DNA of 64,000 bases, from assembly GCF_018977255.1 (NCBI RefSeq), contig NW_024704742.1:13952001-14016000 (forward strand), written 5' to 3'. Positions 34,239 to 48,172 of this stretch are shown in pieces. The position numbers were made by a program, and so were the translations under genes. Position 1 is the first letter of the stretch; each line of letters starts with the position of its first letter. The stretch comes from Callorhinchus milii. Taxonomy: Eukaryota. The notes under the pieces were generated by a model that saw only the letters and a program-made list of their open reading frames with translations, searched no databases and had not been told where the DNA came from.

Positions 34239-35249
34239 GCTATACAAAGTAACAACAACTCACATTTATATAGCACCTGTCACATCTTGAAACACTGTAC
34301 AGTGGTGGGGTTGGACACTAGGGAAGGTGCTGAGCTGTACTTTCACTTTGCAGCACCACAGCCAACTTGGTCTGTAGACCACGTGATATTGCTCTGTGGA
34401 CTCTGAATTGCTTATAAAGATAATATTCAGCGCATATGGTCCAGTGCCAATGCAGTTTGCCAGTTATTATGCAAAATTGAAGCTTCAGGATCTATGGTGT
34501 TTAACCGTAATGTACAACAGTTTTAACCATAAATCAGTTCAGATTTGCACAATGTAATTTGACTCTTGTGAGGAAATGAAACTGCCTGTGAGTGGATGAA
34601 ATAACCTGCCTATGCCATTTATTCATCCAATTATTAAATTTAACAAAGCATAACACAGAAGAAGCGGATTTTGGGTGAAGGAACTCGTCCCTTAATAATA
34701 ACGTAGGTTTAAAGTTCTCTGTCCAATCTGTTTATCAGGTCATTACATTTAACAAAACAATTTAAAATAACGTGGTGGTAAATAATTTATTGATTGCAAG
34801 TCCATTCCTGCAGGCAACCTGCAGACTGCAAATTGGGAGATTTTGTCATTTTGGCAGCTATGCCAGTCTGCTGTTAAATGATTATTTTTTGAATGGGTCT
34901 CAAAAAGTTGCATCTTTTCAAAAATATTGCGAGGGTCATAGATGAGCTTCACAATACGCTGCTTTCAGGTACCCTGAGCTAGCACCTGTTTACAGACAGG
35001 GATTCAAGCTTACAAGCCAGAAATTCATTAGACCTTTAAAATCCTAGTTGATTAAGAATTATAGAAGTTACAGCAGTGGTCGAGGCTCTTTTAATTGTCC
35101 AAATAGTCTTATAGCTGTTCTAAATTGGCCCATTGAGCCTTTATTGTTATTTGCTCCTCCACGAGAGCTATGTGTTGTAATTCCCAATTCCCAACGCTTT
35201 CCATATAGCATCTTATATTGTTTCTTTTCAATTATTGAATCCAATCTAG

Positions 35250-35540
35250 TCGGTCATCTGGCTCAGTTGGTAGCACTTCTGCCTCTGAAACAGAAGATTA
35301 TGGTTCAAGCTCCATGTTGGGACTTTGAGCTCATAGTCTAGGCTGACAGTGCAGTGCTGTAGGAGTACAGCATTGTTCGAGGTGCTGTCCTTCATATGAG
35401 ATATTAAACTAAGATCCTCTCTCTATTCACATGAACATTAAGTATCCTATGGAACTATTTCAAGAGATAGAGGGTAGTCTGGCTTACAATCTTCCAGATA
35501 AATTGGTCATTCTCTTCAGGGCGGTTTGCATTACATTGCT
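35250..35540 (+). mobile_element. Deu-domain SINE 5' part
   Basis: A-box tggctcagttgg, B-box ggttcaagc, and Deu block gaggtgctgtccttcatatgagatattaaac. Confidence 0.8.
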
Positions 35541-35619
35541 TCCACGCCCTTCCAGCCCCTTCTCCCAACCCAATCTTACCTAAAATAATCCTGAGTGTAT
35601 GCCTCTTTTTCACCAATAA

Positions 35620-35975
35620 TCCAGCCAGCCTGGATCATCAGTAGGATATGGAGGGACATACCAGTCACTGGGGTTAAGAATTCTTCACACTCAGCCAAAG
35701 CTCTAATTGCTTTTGGTCCAAACCGACAAGCAGCAGGAAAGCTTGTAGGCAGTGATATAAATGGTTTTAGCTGATTAAATGTCTGGGGTAACACTCTGAG
35801 ATCCCCAAGCCTTGGTTCTTGCCAACCTGCACTTCATACACTCTGTAATTAGGTAAGTGTGATGCATCCCTCCAGGGAGAGAGTGATCATTCTATTCCAA
35901 TACACAATACACAGAAATTTGCATGCATAGGTGGGATGCATGGAACTGCATCTGTATTTGGTTTGGATACTCAAG
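35620..35975 (+). repeat. Family Y copy
   Basis: agccaaagctctaat, ggttttagctgattaaa, attaggtaa and ccagggagagag shared with 28440-28830. Confidence 0.7.
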
Positions 35976-37194
35976 CATTGTGATGGGTCTCTGCATGTGT
36001 TAGACACCCGGCTGACCAAATAAAACCTAATAATCCCACTGAAACGTTTCAGGATATTGAAGCTGGTTGTTAGATTCCCCCCAACTTTCTCTATTTCAAT
36101 ACAGCTACAATTTAGTTGTATTTTAGAACTAGATTCCACATGGTAGCAGATTGCAGTTCCATTGTTACGTGATTTAAACTTTGTTTGACAGAGCAATGCA
36201 GAACACCCACAAAACATAGGGTAAATTCACTTTACAGTATATTCTGTGAAGCATTTCGAGACATCTCGAAGAAGTGATGAGGATCGAAGAAATGCAAGGA
36301 TTATTATTATTATCCGTTACAAGGATTAAATTATGCTGTTGAACTTTCAAATAGTGGATTTGTTACACAAGTGTTTTTGTGTGTGGAGTTGCGCCTTTTA
36401 TAAACAATGTAAAGATGCCTAGATGCCAAACACAGATCATGGTTAGACAAAATTTGGACCTCTAACAGAAGTATCAATAATAATAAATGTGTAAAAATGT
36501 TGAGACTGATATACTAGCCACAATAATGTAATAGGTTAAAGTCGCGGGAAGCTAATTATAGAAATCTGGTATCGGAACTATTTCTGTTTAAGCAATATTG
36601 TAAGCCTGATATATCCGTTATCAATATTAATGCTGTCAGCAATCTAGTCAACTGTGGTGATAAACTTTTATTTCATGCCATGGGGTGCGGAGGAGGGGGA
36701 ATGGTCGTGAATTCTGGTGAGATTGTGAATGAAGGCACATGAAGCAGTAAAGTCTGACCTAAGATCATAGATCAAGGGCATGTGAGCGTGCAGATAATCT
36801 CCAGACCACATAGTGAGTGCTACTGTTCTTTGGGTTAAAGTGTGATTTTTTCCTTTATTTGTATTATTGTAATTTATTCCATGGTTTGCATTTTTTACCC
36901 CGTGACATAATGCTTAAAACATGGATGTTTTATGGAACTATTTCTGCTTCTTATTTAGGAATAACAACTCACTGAACATTTGAACTTTGAAACTCTTTAT
37001 CTGTTTATCCACAAGCCTCAGGAAAATACACTAAATCAAAACAACAAATATTCGCCTTGGAAATACATTGCGACCTATCAACCTAAACTAGTGCTCTACA
37101 CAGATACTTAACGTGAAGGCAACAATATAACTAACCACTGCTTTGCTTCTATGATGATATGCCACATGCTGCATCACATTAAACCACAGTAGTT

Positions 37195-37560
37195 TGTGAA
37201 AAGGTTATGGGTTCAAGCCTTGCATTGAGTCTTTGAGGCCATAGTCTAGGATGACATTCCAACATATGTCAGAGGTGTGTGCTTTGAATAAGACATTTCA
37301 CTGCCCCCCACCCATTTGCCTTTGAAAAAGGCAGAAATAACTATTTTGAAAAGAAAGTTAGTTTCTTCTGCTGTCCTGGTCAATAAGCCCCAAGATAAAT
37401 TTGTTTATACACTTCACTTCTGTTTGTGGGATATTAAAGTGCTCAAAATGGTTGCCAGTTCACTAACAAAACACAGTTACTACACTGTACAGTAAATTCC
37501 TATTTGAAACGTTTCGTCAAATTGATAAGGTGATATTTCAAATGCATGGATTATGGTAGT
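37195..37560 (+). mobile_element. Deu-domain SINE, degraded
   Basis: gggttcaagcc head end, cagaggtgtgtgctttgaataagacatt, tgtttgtggga and tail. Confidence 0.7.
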
Positions 37561-37737
37561 TATAGTGAATAACCCTCACTTTGTGCTTTACCATTTTACC
37601 AATAAATATATTATTTATCTTTATTTCCGTTTATCTTCATGGTTTGATTTATGTTTTAGGATATTGTGGATATGGTACTTCTGAGACGGGTAAACTCCAC
37701 ATCAAATAGACAGATCTGCTTGTTGGCTACAAACTCC

Positions 37738-39270
37738 AACAACAACAACAAAATCAACAACAAAATTACATTTATACAACAACAACAAGATTACATTTGT
37801 ACAGCGCCTTTCACGTCGAGAGGATGTCCCAAGGCGCTGGACAGAGTACAGCATTTCAGACCTGAGCTGGGGTCAGGGGGGAGAAGGGAGGGGAGGGGAA
37901 GGGAGGTGACCGATGGCATGGTCAAAGAGGAAGGTCTTGAGGCGGGACTTGAAGGAGGCTAAGGAGGGGGCGAGATGGAGTGATGGGATGGAATTCCAGA
38001 GGTTGGGCGTAGAGTAGCCACTCTCCTGCCAATGGTGGGGCGGGTGGGTCGGGGGACGTGGAGCAGGCCGGAGTCAGCTGAGCGGAGGGAGCGGGCGGGT
38101 TGGTAGGGGTTAGGAGGTCGCAGAGGTAGGGTGGGGTGAGGCCATGGAGGGCTTTGTAGATGAGGCCCAGATTCTTGAACTGGATCCTCTGAAGGATAGG
38201 GAGCCAATGGAGTCGGGCGAGAATGGGTTCCTGACTGGCTTGGTGAGTTGTAGTGTGCAACCATGGAGGTTGATGCTGCCAGAGCCTGAGGTGCGGAGGC
38301 GCTGGCGTGAGCCAAATAGGAGGGCCTCAGTCTTGTTCACATTCAACTGTAGGAAATTTCCCCTCATCCAGGACTTGATGTCCGACAGGTAGTCTGTCAG
38401 GACAGCAGTGGTCCTGGAGTTGAGGGTGGAGGCAGAAAGATAGAGATGGGTGTCATCCGCATACATGTGGAAATTGATTCCATGTCTCCAGATGATGTCA
38501 CCAAGGGGGAGCATGTAGATATTAAAGAGGAGAGGGCCAAGGACAGAGCCCTGGGGGACGCCAGATGTGCGGGGGCTGGAGGAGAAACCGTTAGAGGCAA
38601 CAAAGTGGAGACGGTGTGAGAGATAGGAATCGAACCAGGCAAGGGCAGATCCGTGAAGATTAAGTAAAGAGGAGAGGCGGTGTATGAGGATGGAGTGGTC
38701 GACAGTGTCGAAAGCAGCAGAGAGGTCAAGGAGGACAAGGAGTCAGAGGGAGCCCTGATCACAGATGTTCAGAATGTCATTAGTGACTTTGACCAGGGCT
38801 GTTTCCGTGCTGTGGGCAGTGCGGAAGCCGGATTGGAGGGGTTCAAAGAGGGAATGGCGAGAAAGAAAGGAGTGGAGCTGGGATGCGACGACTCATTCCA
38901 GGACCTTGGAGAGGAATGGGAGGTTAGAGATGGGGCAGTAGCTGGAGAGGAGGGATGGATCCAGGGAAGTTTTTTTCAGGATGGGGGTGACGACAGCTGT
39001 TTTTAGGAAGGTGGGAACTGAACCGGTGGACAAGGAGAGGTCGATGATGTTGGCAGGAGAGGGGCCAGAAGGTGGAGCTTGGAGATGAGGAGAGAGGTGG
39101 GGATGGGATCTAGGAGCAGGTGGTGGGTTTGAGTTTGCAGACAGTTTGTGGAGAGAGAGGAGGGAGAGATAGGGTCGAAGGAATATAAGGGATGGGTTGG
39201 AGTTTGGTCATGAGGGAGAGGTTATGATTATAGAGCGCCTTTCACGTTGGGAGGATGTCCCAAGGCAACA
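37738..39270 (-). mobile_element. L2 LINE 3' ~1.5 kb with stacked tails
   Basis: ORFs 38110..38514 ([11 protein letters not shown]) and 37922..38260 ([13 protein letters not shown]). Repeated (TTG)n tails at 37738-37790 and an extra tail stem at 39228-39268. Confidence 0.93.
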
Positions 39271-39861
39271 GATCCTACTCATATCTGTTTCAATATAAAT
39301 ATATGTCACAACCAAAGCAATGCCAAAAGCCAAATCGCAATCTCACAGAGAAGACACAACTAGATTAGTGTGTATATTCTTCTCCTGTTATGTACACTAA
39401 GATGGGTCAACTTCATTTCATATGGAATATTTATAGCTGAGAAAATAGAGGAGATTTTAATTCCTCCTCTTTGGGTGATCGCTTGATGAATTCTGCTTCA
39501 ATGCACCAGCTAAATCTTAAAAGCATATTTCATTTTGCATTGTTTGGATTGAAGACATTAGATCCCATTTCAATAATTGCATCAAAGCAATAGTGAGTTT
39601 TACATTTTCTTTCTCTTAAGAAAGTATGTAAAACAAAATTTCAAATGACAATCCCTCTTCACTCAAGTGAAATTAAACCATTTGGTCAGCACACTTAATG
39701 AAACCCAATGACCAGGAGCTTTGCCACAAAACACGGCTGTTTCTGGAGAGAAATGAGCACATATTCCTGCAGATAAACTCGTATTTGATCCAAAGACAGT
39801 ACATATCCAAACAAAGTATATATCGAGACACAAAATTCCAGTGCAGCCCAATTCTATTCAT

Positions 39862-39965
39862 TTTGATAGAAACAGGAGTAGGCCATTCAGCCCCTCAAAC
39901 CTGTTCCTCCATTCTACAAGATCATGGCTGATCTGTACCTCATGCCTTTGCCCCGTATCCCTGAA
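39862..39965 (-). mobile_element. CR1-type 3' end fragment
   Basis: aggagtaggccattcagcccctcaaacctgttcctccattc...agatcatggctgatctg, recalled as a shark CR1 terminus. Confidence 0.7.
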
Positions 39966-41784
39966 CTAACAAATAGCTATCCTATCAGAGCTATCGGAGC
40001 AGAGAACTACACATCAAAGCATCAACTATTCCCTAGTTATTAATCTTCACACTGATTCCTGCCTTTCTAATACATGCCAATCATATGCTCATTATTATAG
40101 TTCCTGCAAAATAATCAGTTTGTTTAACAGAGTGTTTAAATTTAGATTAATTTGCAGCTTGATGATTGAATCATCTTGGGTACATTGTTACATTGATTTT
40201 TTTTAAACAAAAAGAGCTGACAGATTTGATTTCCGATACATTTTATCAGCATTGAAGGCCACTCAGTTGCAAAGTTTCAAGCTATGACCACTTGAATTCA
40301 CCAACTTTGTTTGTCATGGATTCTAACCTGTTTGGCCTAGTGTGGACCCTTCTTAGGAATCTCAGAGAAGACATTGATCACTCTCCTCGCTATTGGAAAT
40401 CAAGATTGACCACTAATTTGATTTTAACTTGGCATTCAATGTATTCAGTATTTTTAAATTATGCTTCACATTCTCCACGATGTCTGGAACTCACTCCCAT
40501 AATCCCTACCCCTAGCATCTCAGCTAGCAAAACCTTTGGAAAAATCCAGGTCTTATTTGGCACCTCCAGCCACATCCCTCCTACCTACTGGCTCTCATCC
40601 ACTTTTGGCCTTACCATTTCCTCTCTGTGAAGCACTTTGCGATTTTTTTCCCACATAAAAGGTGCTGTATAAGGGCGAGTTTTTTTTTACCAAACAAAAA
40701 CTGTGGATTTTTTTGGTTAATATTCTTCCATCTCCTCTCATGAAACTAGATTGTCTCCTTCAACTGTAGAATATGGCTGCAGAATTGTATGATTGTATGT
40801 ATTATACAAGTCTGCATCCTTCTGACTCAGAATACCACTGAGCCAGGCCACAAAACTATTCTGAACAGGAAGAGGTGAAAATAACATTGCTGAAGAACAC
40901 AGTAAGGAAAAAACTCAAAGAATGAAATAGGCCACTTACCCAGAAACATCTAATTTTGATTATGTTTTGCACACAATGCTGTAGACCTATACTATTAGCC
41001 TTTACAGTTGTTTTAGTTGCCTTCTCTTATACCTTAGAGTGATTTGTTCACATCAAAATTATAAGGTGTTGTCACTTACAAAAGCAATTTTTCTTCCCTT
41101 TATATTAAAATAACATTTCTATTTAAGTCTGTAGTTCCATTTCCTGGTATGATCTGATAACATAACAGGCAAAATGCAATTTGGGGGGAAATTTTATTTT
41201 CACAATAAACTACAATATTGAGAAAAGTACAAATCAAAGAGAGCAAAGAGAAAAAAAATGAAGTCACAGAGAGGCAACTATCATCAATTGTATTCTGTAT
41301 TTTTATCTTGATTTCCTTAATGTTTCAAAGAAAACCTGATCTTTTTTTTGAGCTGCGATTTATTGTTGTTATAGCACTCATTACCATGATTTTCTTTTGC
41401 TGTGCTCACACTCTTTATAGTCAGCTATGGCAGCTTTGGATAAAGAAACATCTGTTTAATAGCTGTGGCATGCCAAACAGCAGCGGAAAGTTGTCTTCAC
41501 GATGTCAAGAAAACCACTGTGCCAGGAGACAGTTGAATTCTTCACACTTTCATTTTAGGATCACTGATAACTGGAATCAAAATTCACGTTCTATATTTAA
41601 TGCAAAGAAAGGAAGATTGGACACATGTCCAGTGACACACTTTCCACAGTAAAAGTATTATCATCAGCAAGTTGTGTTGAATTGTCAACAAGGAGTAGGG
41701 AGTTTTATATGATGCGTATCCAATGTTGAATCAGATTGAATAAGTAAACCCAGATGAATACTTATAGATGTATTAAGACAGTAA

Positions 41785-42035
41785 AATAAGAGAACATAGG
41801 TTTAGGGTTTCAAAGGGCAATTTCAGGACAGATACCACAAAGTTTTTCTTTAAGCAGAGGGTAATCAACAAGTGGAACAGGTTGCCAGGAAAGGTGGTAG
41901 AGGCCAGGACACTGGACTCATTTGAAAAGCAGATTGATTCAATGATGGGGGGATGATAGGGTGGGTGGGTGTTCTGGATTGATGAGATTGGATGGGCTGG
42001 GGGGCCTTCTTCATCCAGACTAATCCTATGATCTT
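41785..42035 (+). mobile_element. CR1 3' fragment (distinct subfamily)
   Basis: FFFKQRVINKWNRLPGKVVEA; 3' end ggatgggctgg...ccttcttcatc, related to 19420-19545(-). Confidence 0.8.
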
Positions 42036-42644
42036 GTGAATTCTGAGAGTACGTGTCTTGATCAAGACATTTCACTGTTGTTTATTTGTTTATAATTTTG
42101 GAACTTAAGATCAAAGAAGTCAGCCCCACACAAAAAGCACAACATAGACATTTCCTGTTTGACAACAGAAATAACACAGGAAACAGAAATTAAAGAAACT
42201 GTTTTTAAACTTTACTTATTAAAAAGATATAAGCTTCAGAACCTTTGATTCAGAAACATGTGGTACAGAATAGTGTATTTCTAAAAATTGTAAATTTGTG
42301 TCCAGAAAAAAAATCTGCGCATTGGATAATAGAAAGTGTGGGTTTGTTTATCACATTTTGGCCCTCATGCTAAATTGCAAAATCTAATGGGGTAAAATTC
42401 CATCTGGGTCTAGATTTACTCTATTTATGAAGCATTTTATAGCATTCACAAATTGTCAAATTGTCAAATGCAGTCTTAACTTTGAACTGGTGCATCGTCG
42501 TTCACAGAACTTAAAGAATAATGGCTTTAAATTAAATCTGCATTTAAGAATTTACCAGATTCTTGTTGGTTTTGAAATTCTGCATTATTACTGTGGATCT
42601 GGATTCAGGTGGAATTTTATCCCTTAAATTGTTAATGGGGCACA

Positions 42645-45133
42645 CTGACTGCCCCATTCCCCACTATCACAGCAAGCCCCGCCGGAACCAGACCCGGGGG
42701 GCCAATTTATCATCCATCATCTCTTCATTCCCACCCTCCCAGCCAATCCCTCTATCACACCCTCCCATCTCACACATTCCTCTGGGAAATGTCCCCTCCG
42801 CTCTGGCCTACAAAATGTCGCTCACTCTACAACGAGGTTCTGACCATCAATGACCTCATCGTTGATGAAAATATTGACATCATGGCCCTCACTGAGACCA
42901 CACTATCTGGCTATATCTTCCACCATATCCCACGACCTAACCACTGTGGGGCTGGTGTGGCCCACATCTCCATGGCTTCACTTGCTCTATCCCCTTACTC
43001 CGCTGGCTCATTCCCCTCATTCAACCACCTTACACTATACCATCCCTCAGTGGTTAGAGCACTCGCTTTGCAAGTGAGAGAGCTGAGTTCAATCCCCGGC
43101 AGGTCAGGGCGAAACCTTGGGCAAGTTTCCTTACTCCACACAGAGCCTAATAATAATCCCTCCAAAACCCCAAACAATAATAAATTGGTCATTTTCAATC
43201 TACAACTGTTTGTGGGACATTGCTGTGCGCAATTGGCTGCCGCGTTCGCCCACAAATATACAGTCACTTCACTTTACAGTGTGTTCTGTGAAGCGCTTTG
43301 GGACGTCCTCCCAACGTGAAAAGCGCTATATCAACTGCAAGGATTATTATTATTATCCCTCCAATCTTTCTCTCAAAATTCTCCTCATTTACCGCCCTCC
43401 AAAACCTCCCCCATCTTCATCTGTGAAGTCTCCATCCACCTAGCTTTCCTCTGCTTTTATTGTGAACGCCTCCTTATCCTTGGCGACTTCAACCTTCACT
43501 TCATCCCCTCCTGCTGTATGTCCTCGGACTTTCCTCTTTCCTCTCCCAACCTCTTCCTCCACATCCACTCTGCCACCCACGTTCATGGCCACTCACTCGA
43601 CCTGGTGATTACCTGGGGCCTCAGTGTCTCGGATATCACAAACACAAAGCCATCTCCAATTACATTTCATCTCCTTTAATCCCTCAACCCCTCTCCCCAT
43701 CACCACCCAACCCACCTCCATCTCCTACCACTTCTGGAAAAAAATCTCCCCGCAATCCCTCGCCACTGTCCTGGAATCATCTGAACTCCTCCCTCTCAGG
43801 CATACTACCTGCACTGATTTATCCTCCTTGCTCACTCATCTCCTCACAGCACAGAAACTGCTCTGGTCAAGGTGACAAACAATGTCCTGTCCATTTGTGA
43901 CCAAGGATCCCTCTGCCTTCTTTCCTCCTCGACCTCTCTGTTGCCTTCGATAATGTGTACAACTCCATCCTTCTCCACCACTTCTCTTCTCACCTCAACC
44001 TTCATGGTTCTGTCCTTGAATGGTTTAGGTCTTAGCTCTCACACTGTCTCCAATTAGTCTCCACCAACGGTTTATCTTCCAGGCCCCGCACAGTATTGTG
44101 CAGTGGTCTTCAGGGCTCTGTTTTTGGTCCTCTCCTCTTCAACCTTTACATGCTCCCCCATGGTGACATCATCCTCAGACATGGGATCAACTTCCACATG
44201 TATGCGGATGACACTCTCTCTGCCTCCACCCTCGATTCCAGGATAACTGATGTCCTGTCTGTCTGTCAGACATCAAATCCTGGATGAGAGCCAACTTTCC
44301 ACAGCAAATGTCAACAAGACTAAGGCCCTCCTGATTGGCTGGTGCCAGCACCTCCGCACCTCAAGCACTGGTAACATCAGCATCCACAGATGCACACTCC
44401 ACCTCACCAAACCAGTCAGGAACCTGGGCATCTTGTTTGATCCTCAACTGTCCTTACTCCCCCATATCTGTACCATGATCCACTCTGCCTTTCCTCACCT
44501 CTGCAACATTGCCTGACTCCACCATTGCCTCAACCCTCAGGCTGCTGAAACCCTTGTACATGTAACCATCACCTCAAGGCTCGACTTTAGAAACTCCCCC
44601 CTTGTGAGCCTCCCCAACACTTTCCTCCACAAGCTGCAGGTCATCCAGAACTCTGTAGCTTGTGTCCTCTCCCACACCAGCCTCCATGACCCCATCACCC
44701 CCACCCTGCTCCACTGGCTCCCCATTCCCCAGAGGATAGAATTCAAAATCCTCGTCCTCACTTTCAAGACCCTCCACGGCATTGCCTACTGCTACCTTTC
44801 TGATCTTTCAACCTGTCGGCTCCATCCATTCAACGGGCCTGTTCCATGTCTCCCGCCCGACCTGCCCTACCATTCGCGGTCTTTCAGCCTCTCTGCCCCT
44901 ACCCATTGGAACTCCATTCCATAATCCCTTCTTCTTGCTCCCTCCCTTCCCTCTTTCAAGGCACGACTCAAGACCCTCCTTTTTGACCGTGCCTTCAGCC
45001 GCCCTCCTACCTTTCTGCCTTCCCTTATCCCAATCCTGTCCTCCCATGTTCGAGTCCTGATCCCCTACTGTTCAGCACCTTGGGATGTCCTCTGATGTGA
45101 AAGGCACTTTCCAAATGTATTTTTGTTGTTGTT
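42645..45133 (+). mobile_element. L2 LINE with APE region, large internal deletion, RT and 3' end
   Basis: [36 protein letters not shown] and LHWLPIPQRIEFKIL; (TTG)n tail. Collinear with 16310-19311. Confidence 0.93.
43046..43354 (+). mobile_element. Young tRNA-SINE short form inserted in L2, TSD atccctc
   Basis: atccctc at 43042-43048 and 43355-43361; head gtggttagagcactcgctttgcaagtgaga; (TTA)n tail. Confidence 0.92.
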
Positions 45134-45159
45134 ATAGTGATGGTAATATTATTAATAAT

Positions 45160-45432
45160 TATTGATAATAATCCTTGCGTTTGATATCGCTCCTTAGCGC
45201 AACATCAAATTGTCTCAAAACACTTCACAGGGTTTTGCTGTAGTGTAGTGACTGTGTTTTGCAGGCAAACTGGGCAACTGATCTGCATACAGCAATGTCC
45301 CAGAAACAGCCAAGAAGTAAATGATCAATGGGCAGGAACTTTCCTTCTGTATCTGTGTTGTCTTGGGATCTTTAATGTCCACCTGAACAGGCAGACATGA
45401 ACGTGCTTTAATATTACATCTGAAGGATGGCT
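45160..45432 (-). mobile_element. Deu-domain SINE 3' part, resuming at ~48176-48225 after the L2 insertion
   Basis: gggatctttaatgtccacctgaacagg...catctgaaggatggc, continued by aatgcaatgctcccccagcactgcactgggtcagcctagat. Confidence 0.75.
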
Positions 45433-45526
45433 GGGGTGGCCAGCCAGCTACATACAATGTTTTGAGATATCCTGCTGATGTAAAAACTGTTATATAAACG
45501 GAAATTGTATGGTATAAGGATGGTTC

Positions 45527-48172
45527 ACAACAACAACAAAATTACATTTATAGAGCGCCTTTTACGTCCGGAAGACATCCCAAAGCACTGAACAGTCAGG
45601 TGCTGGGGCCCGAGTATGGGGGAGGGGTGGGGTAGGGGTGAGGGAAGGCAGAGAGGTGGGAGGGCAACCAAAGACACGATCGAAGAGAAGGGTCTTGAGA
45701 CCGGCCTTGAAGGAGGCAAGGGAGGAAGCGAGGCGAAGGGACCATGGGATGGAGTTCCAGAGTGGGGGCAGAGAGGCTGAAAGCCCGACCACCGATGGTA
45801 GTGCGGGTCAGGCGGGAGACATGGAGCAGGCCGGAGCCCGCTGAACGGAGGGAGCGGGCAGGTTGGTAGGGAGTCAGCAGGTCAGAGAGGTAGGAGGGGG
45901 CAAGGCCATGGATGGCCTTGAAAGTGAGGACGAGGATCTTGAATTCGATCCTTTGAGGGATGGGGAGCCAGTGAAGTCAGGCCAGGGTGGGAGTGATGGT
46001 GTCATGGAGCCTGGTGCGTGAGAGTACACGAGCTGCAGAGTTTTGGATGATCTGCAGCTTGTGAAGGGAAGAGTTGGGAAGGCCGATGAGGAGGGAATTT
46101 CCATAATCGAGCCTTGATGTGACGAATGTGTGGGTGAGGGTTTTGGCAGCCTGAGGGGTGAGGCAGTGGCGGAGTCTGGCAATGTTGCGAAGCTGGTGGT
46201 AGGCAGTGCGGATGTGGGGGAGAAAGGACAGTTCAGGCTCAAAAAAGACACCCAGGTTCCTGACTGGCTTAGTGAGGTTGAATGTGCAGCAGTGGAGGCT
46301 GATGCTGTCAGCGCCCGAGGTGTGGAGGCGCTGGCGTGAGCCAATCAGGAGGGCCTCAGTCTTGCTGACATTGAGTTGGAGAAAGTTGTCGCTCGTCAAG
46401 GACTTGATGTCGGACAGGCAGTCGGTCAGGACGCCAGTAGACCTGGAGTTGAGGGTGGAGGCAGAGAGATAGAGTTGGGTGTCATCCGCATACATGTGGA
46501 AATTTACCCCATGTCTGCGGATGATGTCACCAAGGGGGAGCATGTAGAGCGTGAAGAGGAGGGGACCGAGAACAGAGCCCTGAGGAACACCGCACAAGAC
46601 GGTGCGGGGACTGAAGGAGAAGCCGCTTGCTGCAACGAAGTGGAGGCAGTGTGAAAGGTAGGACCTGAACCAGTCAAGGACAGAACCTTGAGGTTGAGGT
46701 GGGAGGAGAGGCGGTGGAGGAGGATTGAAGTGTCCATGGTGTCAAACGCAGTGGAGAGGTCGAGAAGGACGAGTAGGCAAAGGGAGTCCTGGTCACACAT
46801 GGTCAGGATGTCATTTGTGGCTGTGGGCAGCATAGAAACCCGATTGGAGGGGTTCATGGAGGGAGTGGAAGGAGAGGAAAGAGCGAAGCTGGAAGGCAAT
46901 GGCTCTCTCAAGGACCTTGGATAAGAAAGGGAGGTTTGAGGTGGGCCGGTAGCTGGATAGATGTGATGGGCCAAGGGAAGGTTTCTTCAAGATGGGGGTG
47001 ATAATGGCTGTTTTGAGGGGGGAAGGAACAGTGTCAGATGACAGGGAGAGGTTGATGATGTCGGCGAGTAGTGGGGCAAGGAGGTGGAGCTGGGATTTAA
47101 GGGGTGGGGATGGGGTCCAGGGAGCAACAACAACAACAACAAGATTCCATTTATAGAGCGCCTTTCAAGTCGGGAGGACGTCCCAAGGCGCTGAAGGTGG
47201 TGGACTTCATGGAGGATATGGTCCTTCATGCAGGTGGTGGGCTTCATGGAGGATTTGGTGATAAAGACAGAGGAGGGTTGACAGGTTCGCAGGTGTGGAA
47301 GGAGGGATGTGTAATTGTCAGAATGTGAGCGGGAGGTTAAGGAGGGGGAGGAAGTTGGGAGGGCAGTGGCAGCTGAGTGGATTCCCTCGATTTTGGACTT
47401 GAGGAAGACCAGCATTTTCTCACAGTGGGAGTCAGAGGAAACAATCTGCGAGGCATGGTGGGGAGGTGGAGAACAGGAGCCTGGGGTTGCCCTTCGCCTC
47501 CAACATTAACCTGGAGTAGAAGGACGATTTGGCCGAGGCGAGAGCGAAGTGGTAGGTTTTGATGAGTTCCAGCCAGATGTGGCAGTGGACTGTTAGGCTG
47601 GATTTGAGCCAATTGTGTTCGGCAGCCCACACCTGGCCCTAAAGCAAGCGGAGATGGCTGGTGAACCAGGGTGAGAATCGTGAATAAGAGGCAGTTTGGG
47701 AGGTGAGGGGGGCAAGGGCGTTGAGTGTGGTGGAGAGGGTGCTGTGGAGAAGAATAAGCGCAACAAGTGGGTTGGTGCCAGACAGGGAGGAGTTCAGAGG
47801 ACTCCAGGGCAGTGGAGAGAGACTGCGGGGAGATCTTCTTCCATGAGCAGAAGAAGATGGTGGAAGGTTTGGAGGCAGTGGGGAGAGGGATATGGGAGTT
47901 CAGGGAGATGAAATGGTGGTCAGAGATGACCTTGTCAGTGGTTGCCACAACCGAGACGCTGAGGCCCCGGGTGATCCCAGGTCGAGCGGGTGACCGTGGG
48001 TGTGGGTAGCAGAGTCGATGTGGAGGGAAAGGTTGAGAGAGGAGAGGAGAGAGAAGAAGTGTGAGGAGGTAGAGCAGGAGGGGGTGAAGTGGAGGTTGAA
48101 GTTGCCCAGGATGATGAGGCGGTCAGAGCAGAGGGAGAGGGAAGCTAGGAGGGTGGAGATGTCAGAGATGAT
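45527..48172 (-). mobile_element. L2 LINE, 5'-truncated within APE, fairly young
   Basis: ORFs 45977..46597 ([18 protein letters not shown]), 47900..48208 (ILGNFNLH, HGHPLDL) and 47337..47948 (ISDHH); (TTG)n tail. Confidence 0.96.
47124..47192 (-). mobile_element. Tail-only L2 insertion (~70 bp) inside L2
   Basis: caacaacaacaacaacaagattccatttatagagcgcctttcaagtcgggaggacgtcccaaggcgctg, nearly identical to 2229-2293. Confidence 0.9.

Noticed and set aside
41218..41652. 144-aa ORF with a hydrophobic stretch
   Set aside because: Non-ATG start, AT-driven composition, no domain motif and no convincing splice pair.
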